Below, in pieces: positions 13,356 to 24,424 of a stretch of DNA of 64,000 nucleotides. Origin of the DNA: Macrostomum hystrix. Taxonomy: Eukaryota; Animalia; Platyhelminthes. The stretch's first letter is position 1; each line of letters starts with the position of its first letter. The stretch is from positions 2,480,001-2,544,000 of the forward strand of contig CATNEN010000033.1 of the NCBI GenBank assembly GCA_950097015.1, given 5' to 3'. A program made the translations under genes and the position numbers. The notes beneath the pieces were generated by a model that saw only the letters and a program-made list of their open reading frames with translations, searched no databases and was not told where the DNA came from.

Positions 13356-14030
13356 AGCGGCGGGGATTCCGGAGCAGCCCCTGCGCCGTCAAAGGAGCCA
13401 ACTGCTGCGGCACCGACACCGGCGAATGAAAGCACCGCGGCCGCAGAAGCTGCTGAAGTGACGTCATCGGGAGGCGGCCGGCTGCTCGGCAAACTCGCCA
13501 AGCCGCCGGAGCCTATCGCTGAAGTCGACGAGGAGACGCCGCGCCCCTCTGCGCGGCCGATGCCACTGTCCACCGGCGCCGATTCCGCAAAGTCGCTCAC
13601 TGAATTCGTTCGCTCGATGCGCGAGGAGCTGCGCCAGGAACTCGGTGGCCTGAGCGACAAAGTCAGCCGGCTGGACAAGCAGATGTCCGAGCTGCTGCGC
13701 CTGCTGCAGATCCCGGCGCCACCGTCCACAGCCGCAAGTGGTGGAGGTAGAAGCAACGGAAGCGGTGGTGGCAGCAGCGGCAGTGGAAGTGGCTTGGGTG
13801 GCAGTAGCGGCAGCAGCAGCGCTATTTCGAGTCAGCCGCAGCCGCGGACATCTGCAGCTGCACCGGCGGCAGCCGCCCCAGCCAAAGCTGGAGGTGGCAG
13901 CTTTGCCGCGAAGCTGCTGAAGTCAGCCAACGCACCTCCAGCCGCCGCGCCAGCCGCCGCGAACCCCGCAGCAACAGCGGCGGCAACGGCAGCTGTGAAG
14001 AGCAAAATGGACGACCTTGACATGCTGTGA
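2279..14030 (+). CDS. eag: Ether-a-go-go voltage-gated K+ channel (KCNH1/KCNH5 subfamily); first coding exon lies upstream of the window
   Basis: Phase-consistent GT-AG exons 2279-2508, 3121-3264, 3707-3831, 5177-5575, 7175-7586, 10819-11018, 11096-11348, 12265-12461, 12987-14030. They encode PAS ([23 protein letters not shown]), PAC, S1-S6 with TSVGFGNV pore, C-linker, CNBHD with [18 protein letters not shown] and a C-terminal coiled coil ([24 protein letters not shown]). Confidence 0.96.
3350..3560. repeat. Degenerate ~30-bp intronic minisatellite (CCATTTTATCGATCCACCACCCACCTCACT-like)
   Basis: Several ATTTTATCGAT-containing units; shares this core with the array at 4650-5120. Confidence 0.8.
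4650..5120. repeat. ~30-bp intronic minisatellite (CACTTCACCCGATTTTATCGCTCTGCTGCC-like)
   Basis: About a dozen units ending ~55 bp before the acceptor at 5176. Confidence 0.88.
6354..6790. repeat. Telomere-like C-rich array (AAACCCCAAATCCC)n with a few CCCTAAA units
   Basis: Direct reading; approximately the reverse complement of the array at 10270-10700. Confidence 0.9.
6821..7155. repeat. 32-bp minisatellite (CAGCATCAGTCCAGGGTCAGTCAGTGGTGTGT)n, ~10 copies
   Basis: Period 32 (6841, 6873...); ends ~20 bp before the acceptor at 7174. Confidence 0.96.
7690..9445. repeat. G-rich ~18-bp satellite (GGGTGAGGGGATGGGTTT)n with higher-order structure; G-quadruplex potential on the sense strand
   Basis: Continuous GGG tracts for ~1.75 kb starting ~100 bp after the donor at 7587. 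Confidence 0.95.
10270..10700. repeat. Degenerate G-rich telomere-like array (GGGATTTGGGGTT)n
   Basis: Direct reading; ends ~120 bp before the acceptor at 10818. Confidence 0.85.
11371..11697. repeat. 19-20-bp minisatellite (CTAACAGGTGACCTGCAGAT / CTAACAGGTGACACTCCTGT)n
   Basis: Units at 11371, 11391, 11411, 11431...; begins 22 bp after the donor at 11349. Confidence 0.93.
12708..13001 (+). repeat. 26-bp tandem array made of the eag last-exon splice acceptor (GCAAACTTCCCTCCAG|ATCATCTTCC) x11
   Basis: AG dinucleotides at 12725, 12751, ... 12985 (period 26); the last copy runs into the conserved coding sequence IIFRKIADV. Confidence 0.96.
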
Positions 14031-15181
14031 CGTCAGTACGGCGTCTTCAATGCACCTCTCCTACTCGCTGCACTTCCACCTGACAACTGTATCCCGTCCG
14101 CACCGTTTTTGTCTATTTTCTCCCGCGCCGATCATTATCCTCTCGTTCCGCTTTTGCCACCGTCAAAATGCCAGGCTGACATCAAATGCCAGATGTAAAC
14201 AAATTCAAAAATATTCTGTGTCACAATGGCACTCTCGGTGAATCTGATGTCATCTGACTCTACTGCAGTTTGATGCCAAGCCAAAATGAATTTCGCGGCC
14301 CGAATGAGTTTATGGGATCTTCTTCCTGCACTGTTGGGATTCTTCCCATGGCCAGGAGGGATTAAGCAGCCTCACTAATTTCCTCACATTTCCGCACCAT
14401 GTCTCGCTCACTTCCTGTGGAAATGCAGCTCAGCTTGAGCACTCTTTAGCAGCTGAGAAGCAGCACTTGTCAGTACTCGCGGCTCAATTTGACGCCCGGC
14501 CCAATTGTCTGCTGTATTTTTCAACTGGATTATTTTTCGATACGATGCAAAACTTTGCAAACGCTGCTTGCATGCCTGCAATGTCACTTTGATATGCTTT
14601 TTGCACTGCGGTAAGCACATTGGATAATAACTAAATAAATCATAGATGCTGCGTTTTTCTGTCCGCAACTGAACCATTTTAACTAGGCGCCATTCCGTCA
14701 GTAATACACTACTGCTGTGCTTGATGCGCAGTAGTGTGACTCGAAAGTTTAAAACCAATGGAGAATTAAAAACACTCGGTGATTATGTTTTATGTTTTGT
14801 CAATTCTCCCGCTCAAATATTGGATTTCGTTAGAAAATCTCTGACATAAAAATGGAATTTTTTCTCAACCGATCTCCTACTCAAAGTTTAAACTACTTAC
14901 AGTAGCTTAAAGTATATTTAAGTTGAAACCTTCTCAAAGAGGGACAGTTTTGCCAGCACTTGCAGCTATTCGGCAGGGCAGGACAGAACTTTAGAAAAAT
15001 AAATAGAGCAAGCAACAAACAAAAAAGTTTTTAAGCCCCAATTCAGGACTTTAGTATGAGGATAAAAAACAACAAAGCACAGAAAGTCACAATTCATTTG
15101 GAACTTAAAAAACCCATTGTTAAAAGGGCCCCAGCCCGCTTTGTGCAGCTCCGGTTGCTGCCCTGGCCACTGCCGCAGCGC

Positions 15182-16180
15182 TCACAGCATGAAGGCCAGG
15201 TCCAGGTTCTTCTGCCCTACGCCGGCATAGAATGAGCCGTAGAGCCTCGTGCCCGGCACATGGTAGAAATAGTAGCCAGGCCACAGGTGGCTGCGGAGGC
15301 ACACCAGGCCGCTGCCTCGCTCGTACACCACCCCCCAGGAGCCTGAAAATCCGGGGTTGGTTGATCTGCACTCCTCATGCATTCGAGTGACCGATTGAGT
15401 TCGCTGAGAAGTAACACAAGTAGGAGTCCTTACCCAGCGGAATGTCCTCAGCAATGGGGTCGAGGAAGTCGATGGCCTTGTCCGCTCCGGCGAACTCCAG
15501 CTGACGGCGCCGATGCAGCTCGCCGCTGCCGCGGAAGTGCAAGTAGGACGTCAGCTTGCAGCTGTCCGCCACGCTGAGGCCCTCGAAGCTGCGGTTCTCC
15601 ACCACCTGGCCATTGGGGGTGCGCACGAAGGCTCCGCGGGGCACGACGGCAACGTCGGCGTCGATCTCGGCGACAACGGCGGCCAGGCGCTCCTCCTCCT
15701 TGATGGTGATGGTCTCCTCTTCCTCGTGGATCTCATCGCCTTCGCCGGGAATCCGCTTGATCTCCACGTGCTCGAAGTCGTGCGACGGGTCGCCGGTGAA
15801 GCGGCCGCGGGCCAAGGCGGCCTTCGCTTTGATTTCCGGTGTGGCCACGGGCAGCACGCCCCACTCCATGCAGTCCTTGCTGTGGGTTGGGGAAATGCGG
15901 ATAACAATAGTGCCAACCTTCTGGATGAACTTTTTGCGGGAGCCGGATCTCACCTGTACAGTGCTCGAGTATCGCTCAACTCGTCCTGGCCCACGCCCTT
16001 GGCGATGAAATAGTCATCCTTGATGCCGGAGATACGGCCCCACAGGTAGACCTTCTGGAACTTCTGCTCCTGCTTGAGAATCACCAGCGATGTTTGAAGC
16101 TTGGCCCGCTGCTCGGGGCTCAGAACGACGCCACAGCCGCCAAGGTACTCGAGGCCCGACTTAAAGGTTGTGGATTCCAT
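15182..16180 (-). CDS. RSPH9: Radial spoke head protein 9 homolog
   Basis: Exons 16180-15954, 15879-15434, 15342-15182 join in phase. Motifs: LSPEQRAKLQTSLVILK, WGRISGIKDDYFIA, EEERLAAVVAEID, VVPRGAF, NRSFEGLS, LRSHLWPG, SFYAGVGQKNLDLAFML. Confidence 0.93.
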
Positions 16181-16355
16181 TTCGTCTCAGGTACTTTTGA
16201 GCTGAAATCAGAAAGAGAAGTGCCGAAGTCTGTAGGTAAATGTCTAATTGTTGTTTATTCTGATTGCAGATCGCTTCTCTGTGACGTAACTTTTTAAAAC
16301 TATAAAATATACATGCATTGTTGGTCATAATTTATTGCTTTAAAAAATGTATATA

Positions 16356-16682
16356 TCTATTATACTAAAAATGAAAATCTTGCTTGTATGTTTGCAATCG
16401 ACTAGCTCCCGAACGGCTCAACCGATTTTCAAAATTCCTTCGCCAAAAGATCACAAATGGGCCGGAATCGGTACACGTAATTTTATTAAGCTTAATTCCA
16501 TTGCCAAGGGGATTAAATATTCGAAAAACTGTTTTAAATAGGCTTTTCTAATGCATTCTTGTTTTCAGCTTGTGCACAGTGAGGCTCCAGTGCCAATTTT
16601 TATGATTGCATCAGAGCCAGTTTTGATAACGAACTGATAAGAGCTCAAGGGAGGCTACCCAGAGGGTAGCGAAGGCAGCTAG
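16356..16682 (+). mobile_element. Non-autonomous Helitron (327 bp)
   Basis: Inserted between A (16355) and T (16683); starts TC and ends CTAG; subterminal hairpin GCTACCC-aga-GGGTAGC at 16654-16670, 8 nt before the CTAG. Confidence 0.75.
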
Positions 16683-18848
16683 TTAAGGAACTAAAAGCAC
16701 AATTAAAGTTGCACTTTCCTTATTTAAAAAGATTTATGATTTGTGTTCTCATTACAAACTATTCTAAATATAAATATAAATATAAATATATAAAAATAAA
16801 AATAAAAATATTATATTTAATTAACTTTCATTAAATTGTACATTTATTTAGAGCTACTGTTTTTACCAAATACAATTTCCATACATCACATTCACTAAGT
16901 CTGAGTTTCTATAAATAAGTTAATATATTTGTTGAAGCCCACTATCTATATGGGTTCAATATATATAATACTGAACCATCAATATATATCATATAAGGGC
17001 TCAAGATATATGGGGTTCGAAATATCTACTATACCCAACGTGCTAACTGAAAAAGCAAAAATGATGAATTTAACGTGTATTAAAAACTCATTCATAGCAC
17101 TTGCAAAGCCTATGTAGTATAGGAGACCTTAAAAGCTGTAAAAATCTAATATTTTTACGAGCATGATCCAGAGACACAGCCAATTTGTCCATGATAGTGA
17201 AAGTGATATTACAACTACAGTTCCATATATGCAACAAAACGTAATTTAAAGGTGTATTTTGTTTAAAAATACTCCACAAGCGACAAGTCCACAAGAGCGT
17301 ACTAAAAATATACAAATTCATCAGAGCAAGACAGATTTATTTTACAACTCAGCGTTTTTGCGAAACGATCAGAGGGCGATATATATATATATATATCGTC
17401 TATGACTATATGTTGTATGATATAAATATAATTTTGAGATCAGCTGATAATTTAATAATATCTGATCATTTCGAAGTTCTCAAGTCTTTAAAATCAAGAA
17501 TAGTACTTATTATTAGAGCAAGCTGAAACTGTAGCAAAGTTGTTTCGTGAGGTTGTCCGAGTAATAATTCCACATTTTGAAATTCTGATAGAACTTGCCT
17601 TGACAACAGACTACTGAAGCAAATTACAATTAAAAGCTTTTTATCTAACAAAGTTATATATCATACAATAATTGTTCAAAAACGTATTTTTATTGCAAGA
17701 AGTTTTTACCAGAAGAGTAAGACTAAAAAGCATTTGTTATAAATGTTTTTGCGTAAATCTATTCTTCACTCAAATTAAATCCGACGAGATAAGGCCATGT
17801 TTCATTTTTGGGGCCGGAAAAAGATTAGGAATTAAATTTTGCTGCTTATAGATTGATTCTTATCGATACATTGAAATATTTCGGCAACGTTTTAGATTTT
17901 ATGTTGTAGATTTACATAGCAAGAGTTATATGCATTTCTAGCACATTATAATGCACACGTCGATCTTATAAACCAAGATGTAAATATTGCTTGCTTGTAT
18001 GTTTCTAAACTAATGTACTTTATGTCGTATATATGCATGCGTTTTCGCCTAAAGCAGAAGGCATTTCATTCACAAAGGCAATGCAAAAACGTGCCGTTAT
18101 ATATGTGTGTTAAGTTAACTTTCAACTCTTAAAGCATATATTTATGCCGCGTATCATAATTGCGATAATTAGCATGAATAATTTCTTGGAATTAACTTGG
18201 ACTTGGACTTAACTTGGAATTAATTCGATGTCAGCTGAATGGATAGGACATATGTTTCATAGGGCACAGAATGAAAATAAGTTTCATAACTAGTTTTTGT
18301 ACATTTGATGTAATTTATAGCTCGTGATTGCGCTGTTATATTGTCGAGTCGAATTCGCATAGAAAAATGGACTGTGGGAATAATGGCTGTATTTGTTCTT
18401 TGAACATAAGTATCATGCAAATACAAACATATTCCTAGATTATTTATATACATTCCTAAATTACGGGTACAGAAACAATCTTTAGACCGTATTTATACCG
18501 TAATAGGCACACTTGGTACGAGTATATATATGCACTAAAAAAGGATTAATACGAAGTGTGACGTTCAGCAATAGTTGCTAACGTCGATTAAAATAGTAAT
18601 CAAACTATTCGAAATCACTGAGTGTGAATATACATTACACTCGCAATAGATTGTTTTGTTAGCTGAATTGGTTGGGACATCTTATTAAGTAATCAACATC
18701 GAACACCTGGCAAAACCGAAAGCAGATGGACTAGAAATAAAAAAAGCAAAATAGCAATAACAAAGTCTGGATTGTAAAAATGGACAACAGACACTCATTG
18801 AAGTAGTAATTTGTGGTTCTGAGTTCAATTAAGAAATTCAGGCCACCA

Positions 18849-19490
18849 CTAGAGCAGGTCGCAGCGGTCTCCGAGGCGCCCAAACCTGCGACTCCGGCCG
18901 CTCTTGCCACCGGCGTCTCGCCGGACTCCAAGCAGCAAGGCCAGGGTCAGGTCCAGCACCTTGCTGATGCCCTCGCTCGTTAAGGCGGAGCATTCGACAT
19001 ACTCGAGGATCTGCTCGTTTCTACCCAGAATGCCATCGATTTTTGCCCGGCTGACAACGCTGCGACTGCCTTCGCCGCCATGGCCGTTGGATTTGCAGAG
19101 ATCCAGCTTGGTGCCCACCAGCAGCACCTTGGCTTTGTAGCTGTGCAGCTCGGGCAGCCAGGCCGCCTCCAAGTTTTCGAAGCTGACCTGATCAGTCAGG
19201 CAGAAGCACAGTAGGAACAGGTCCACGGACGAGTAGCTGGCCTGCCGCAGGTGCTTGAAGTCCTCCTGGCCGGCTGTGTCACAGAGCTCCAGCCGGCAGG
19301 TCTGGCCCCGATACGGGTGGCTTATCTCGGTGTTCTCCACAATGGTCGGCACGTAGACGTTAAGCTGCGGCACCTGGCCAATGAGTCGCATCACCATGCA
19401 GGTCTTACCAACGCACGCGTCGCCAATGACCACGCACTTGAATGGTCGGTTGCGTGGCGGCTGCTCCTGCTTGCCAGCTTTCGCTGCCAT
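18849..19490 (-). CDS. Divergent Rho-family small GTPase (single coding exon, CaaX CDLL)
   Basis: KCVVIGDACVGKT, YVPTIVEN, CDTAGQED, LVGTKLD, YVECSAL, basic C-terminus plus CDLL. Confidence 0.9.
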   Translation of the reverse strand: MAAKAGKQEQPPRNRPFKCVVIGDACVGKTCMVMRLIGQVPQLNVYVPTIVENTEISHPYRGQTCRLELCDTAGQEDFKHLRQASYSSVDLFLLCFCLTDQVSFENLEAAWLPELHSYKAKVLLVGTKLDLCKSNGHGGEGSRSVVSRAKIDGILGRNEQILEYVECSALTSEGISKVLDLTLALLLGVRRDAGGKSGRSRRFGRLGDRCDLL

Positions 19491-20902
19491 GACACCGGAC
19501 CGTTTAGCACAATGTTGATGTGAACAAAAAATTCTCTTTCAATGATAAAGTTGTGCAGAGTTGAGGTACGCAGAAAATTTATTAATCACAACTTCGAGCT
19601 TCGCATAGTCTTGCCACCTCTCTCCCAATGTGCCCTCCTGTGCGAGCGGTTTCATTTGCAGTGTACAGCAGAATAGAATCTACGACCATTTCATTCCCAG
19701 TAACTGTACAGGCCATATGGTGGCGGTGCAGCTTGTTTGGCTAGCCTGTCGTCAAACATTCACAGAGCCGCAGGGACAGAGGTTTAAGAGCAAAGTTTGT
19801 CTGCGCAGTAGATACCAGCAAATGAAACTTGGATTAGCGAAGTACTCTGAATGCCTGCTGTGCCCGGAAAAGCTTCGGATTTAGAAATAATCAATTGGAT
19901 TCAAAACAGATCAGAGCCACATACATTTGCACAATGAGAGCCTTTAGATGCAGCAGTCGTTTGTCACTTTGTATACAAATAGATGGGAAACTTAAATATA
20001 TTTCCCGCTCTCTTGCTTGGGGATTTGGTAGCTGAAAATATTATTGTCAACTGAAAACATTAGTCAATTATGGGCCTAGAAATCAGGGTGGTGTGACGGC
20101 CTTCCGTCATTGGGTTCAGCCGGTTCAGTCCACGGACTGAAGTAAAAATCAGCGTCTGTGCCACGGACGCAGCTATTTGGGCCAGGTAATGTCCACATAT
20201 TTATAAGTTTCATCATTAGGCAGGCATGCCTTTGTTAACTTTCATATCTTTTGTTTCATACAAGTCGGTCTGGCAGGGTGAACCCTCTGCCAGACGCTCC
20301 CTAGCTCCTTGCCTTGCCCTGGGCTGATGCAGTCAAACTCGGGACTGGGCGTCTAGGGCTGGCCCTAGAACAGGGAACAGCGTGCCTGATGCATGTAACC
20401 AGCTGGGTATTCAGTCTCCTCTTTCATCTTCCTCTGTCTCGCAGGGTAGGGTTTGTCTTGGTAAAAAAGATTAATTAATTGGCATCGCCTAACCATGCAT
20501 TTTTTTCACGGAATCTTGAACTACTTCTCACTTACAAGTCAAAAAATAAAATTGCATCGAAAAATATGTTCCAGCTTGTATTAGTGAAGTGCGGCACTTT
20601 TACTGAATGGGAGCGGAGCCAGTCGTTCAATTAGAATTAAATTTACCGTGTGTTGTCCACTTCAATCCGAAATTTACAACTAATAGAATAGAATAGAATA
20701 GCGCTGATTATGAACGGTTTAAACCTGTCGAAACCCGACACTGTTGGTTTACCAGCCAGGTATACCAATTAAATATTCTGTTTAGCCGATAGTCTATAGC
20801 TGTCCTCCGCCACATGAATTGGATCATTTTGGAGAACTATTTTGAGATCTACCAATGAAGGCCGATTGTTGCCCGCATTGAATGTCTATGGCCTTGACTT
20901 GG

Positions 20903-21099
20903 GGGGGTGGATGGCAGAGCGGTCAAAGCGTTAGCCTCTTGAAACAAGGTTATTGAGCTCGATTCCGCGGCTAGGCCAAGTTCGTGCTTGGGGGCTTGTC
21001 GTGCAATTTTCGCCCTTGAGGGCCAATCTCCAAGGTGCAGTGAAGGTGAACACTGCTTGACGTCGAGAAAGTCTTGGCTTCCTCGCTGGACTGCAGGTC

Positions 21100-21165
<66 letters not shown>
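20903..21165 (+). mobile_element. tRNA-derived SINE with (ATT)n tail
   Basis: A-box-like TGGCAGAGCGG at 20912-20922, B-box-like GAGCTCGATTCC at 20955-20966, ~130-bp body, then (ATT)~21 at 21101-21164. Confidence 0.7.
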
Positions 21166-21250
21166 GGCTACGGCTTGCTACATCTGTCATTGCTAAACTG
21201 CCCACAAATTAGTGCCATAGACATTTAGAGAGTGCACCAATGTATAAGTA

Positions 21251-22528
21251 ATGAACGGCTATGAGTGCACGAATGCATTTGCAATTGGATCTTTTACAGT
21301 TAGGCAACACGTCAAAATCCGTTTTGAAGCAAGAAGAATGGGCGATAAAAAATTTCGCGAGGTCCTTTCCAATAAGAAGAACTACTTTATCAATCTGGAG
21401 ACGGCAGAAATTCAGCAGCTTGTAACAACATTGCGAATTTTCTACGCGTTTGTGCGCAAGGTTGATGGTGGACTGTATGCGCCTGCCTCGTTAATTACAG
21501 CTCGTGCCGATCTGTATCGGTATATTAGTCGCTTCCGCGATATAAACATTATTGAAGATCTGCGTTTTGTTAAGGCAAATCTTCAACTAAAAGCTACAGC
21601 TGCAATGTTTATCAAGGCAGGTGGCAGTGTGAAGCAATTTGCTACAATTGAGCCGGAAGATTTAGCGAAGCTACGTGTCTACTTTGATAGAAGTACACCA
21701 ACAGTATTGCAACAAGAGATGTACTTCGTTTTGGCTGTACATTTTGGTCTGCGTGGACGAGAGTGGCTGCGCAAGCTGACTGTCGATTATATTAAAAGAG
21801 TAACAATCAATGGGCTTCGCGCTTTCAAACTAGCCTCTATGGAAACAAAAAATTTTCGTGGCAGTTTAGAGACGCGAACTTCCGAAAGATCGCAAACAGA
21901 GCGTGCTTGTTGAAACTAACGAGGATCGTTGTCCCTACGAGTGCGTGGAGCTATACTTAAAAAAGATCGAAGAGGTGAAGTTATCCGAAGGTGTCTCGAC
22001 TGCTACGTTGTTTCTCCGACCTAGAGTGCGCGTTCTAGACAACTCGTGGTTTTATGCCAAGCAGGTGGTCGGCGACAACACCCTCGGTAACATGATGCGT
22101 TCTATTTCCGAAGCAGCTAACCTTATACGGGACACTGTCTTCGAGTTACGCTCGTCACCGAGTTAAACACGGCAAAAGTTCCCCTGCGGGATATTTGCGC
22201 TGTTACGGGACACAAAAGTGAAGGATCCATGGAACGATATATTCGTAACGGCAGAAAGCGCGATGCTGACATGGCTGCGTTGTCTTCGACAATTAGTTCA
22301 ATTGGAGTACCCAAAATCACTGCTACAGATACTGCTAGTGATGCTCCTCTTATAACAGCCGCCCAATCCGTCAGTATGGTGTCAGCGAGGGATGCTCAGC
22401 AGCCTACATCCCGAATGGAACCGCAACAGAATCTAGCAACTGCTATTTCTGGTACATTTCACAATTGCCAGTTCCATGTTCACGTCAATAATCGTCAGTT
22501 AGTTGAATTTAATATAATAACAATTTAA
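21251..22528 (+). pseudogene. Crypton-like (DUF3504-type) tyrosine recombinase, copy 1, frameshifted
   Basis: YFDRSTPTVLQQEMYF, HFGLRGRE, YTGHCLRVT, TGHKSEGSMERY and C-terminal SGTFHNCQFHV; frame breaks near 21900 and 22120. Confidence 0.82.
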
Positions 22529-23045
22529 TTGAAAATTTAAAAACTTGTAGTTTTGCTCTGATTCAGTACACGCTTATGTTGAAAAGTACATTTGTTAACT
22601 GTTTGTATTTTGTGTGCTACGTTATGTAATAAAAAATAATATATATTGCCTTTGAGAAGTTTTACCATAGAAATTTGAAGCGTGCAACAATAAACCTCGA
22701 TTAGTATACCCCTAAAAACCCCTTCAAAATGATACAATGGAGAGATGACGCACGGCTTTTGAGTGCAGCAACGACCTAGGCAAGAGTGCGCGTTAGCGAC
22801 ATCATTGACATATAACCAAGTGTGCGTAAACGTCTCAAGCTCGTGTATAGTTTATGGCCCAAAGGCCATCAAAGAAATAGATTGAAGTGTGCAGTAAATT
22901 CCGCAACTGTGCGGTAAATGTGCGGCTACTTGATCTCCGTGCCATCCCTCTTCTGAGCTACAATGCAGTAAATCCCAGACGGGTATTGTCTATGGGCCGA
23001 AGGAGCTGGTCTTGCGCACACACACTTGGTCATAAATCAATGCAC

Positions 23046-23115
23046 TTATGCTAGGCTTCCTAGTGCGTAAATAGTCTATGGCACTCGTATTTACGCACTC
23101 GGAAGCCTAGCATAA
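23046..23115. repeat. Hairpin with 28-bp arms (27/28 identical) and a 14-nt loop between the two recombinase ORFs
   Basis: 23046-23073 TTATGCTAGGCTTCCTAGTGCGTAAATA versus 23088-23115 TATTTACGCACTCGGAAGCCTAGCATAA. Confidence 0.95.
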
Positions 23116-23300
23116 ATCTACCATTGACTAACGATTTTGCAGTGCCGCATTGATACTTTTTACCATAGAGGCGTGTGGCAACGACCCGATTCGCGTGCGG
23201 CAAATTCAAATTCAAATTCACCCGTTGTCGCACGCATCTATTTTTAGATTTATTCTGTTTCACTCACAGAGAAAAATAAAGTAGAGTTGCGGAAGTAGAG

Positions 23301-24424
23301 TTGTCGCACGCCGCTAACTATTTACGCTTCTTCTATTCGAGACTGCGAACAAAGGACGAGCAGTACTATGCTCCAGCAAGTCTTATCTGCATTCGAGCCG
23401 GACTGCATCGCTTCTTCTGTCTGAACCATCCGGATATTAATATTATTGCGGACATTGCTTTCGCGAATGCCAATCGGATGTTGGTATCGATGGCTCACAA
23501 GTACAAGCTAGCCAATCAACCAAAATCCCGAGACAGATTTGCTGCAATTTAAAATAACGACCTGCAGAAAATCATGGGCTATTTTGATAGGTCAAATGGT
23601 GTCATACTGCAGCAGGAGGTCTAATTTCATCTAAATTCATCATGTTTCATCTAATTTATTATTTTGGACTGCGTGGACGAGAAACTCTACCAACGCTGAC
23701 TAAGGAGAGTTGCGTGTTTTTAGAAGATTCTGAAGGCCGTGACTATGTCGCACTGAATCATGACCTTCTAAGTAAGAATTCGAAGGCATCTCTGAAGAAG
23801 ACCGAATTCCATGATGCTAAGCAGGCACGCATGTATTCGGATTCCGAAAATCAAAATTGTCCCGATGCTGCATTAAAGATGTACCTGCAGTGCCTAAACG
23901 ACCTGCGCATCGAGTCGCTTTTCCCGAAGCCGTGTGTCAATGTTTCAAAAGGTACATCAGATAAGCGCTGGTACTGTGTATCCCGTACGGTTGGCAAAAA
24001 TACGATCGATCAACACATGAATCAACTTTCGAATAATCTTGGTCTCTCTAAGCGTTACACGAATCATTGTATTCGCGTAACCCACGTTACGATTTTGAAA
24101 GAGCACGGATTTTCGAATTCAGCGATTGCTAGTAACACGGGACACAAAAACCCAGAGAGTGTGGAACGTTACTCCAGGATGAGGAGAGACGCCGACTTTC
24201 GAGCAATGTCAGAAGCATTGTCCGTCGACGCCAGTGTATCGACCGTGCGCGTTAAACGTGTGGGCCCTATTGGTGTGATGTCGATAAAGGAAACAATGTC
24301 TAACTGCAATGTTCATCATGCCGAAGGACAAGCTGAGTCGCCTTCGCAAGGTCCATCGATCAGTGTGAATTTTTCCGGAACATTTCAAAATTGTAAGTTC
24401 GAGATCCACGGCCTGAAGGACTAG
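23301..24424 (+). pseudogene. Crypton-like tyrosine recombinase, copy 2, with an in-frame stop and a small insertion
   Basis: YYAPASLICIRAGLHR, YFDRSNGVILQQEV, YYFGLRGRE, YTNHCIRVT, TGHKNPESVERY, SGTFQNCKFEI; TAA at 23550 and a ~20-nt insertion near 23622-23641. Confidence 0.85.

Noticed and set aside
20320-20350. Hammerhead ribozyme (CTGATG followed by a stem)
   Set aside because: The core reads CTGATGC rather than CTGATGA, and no GAAA follows the stem.
20903-20975. Functional tRNA gene
   Set aside because: No convincing acceptor stem or cloverleaf; it continues into a body and microsatellite tail typical of a SINE.
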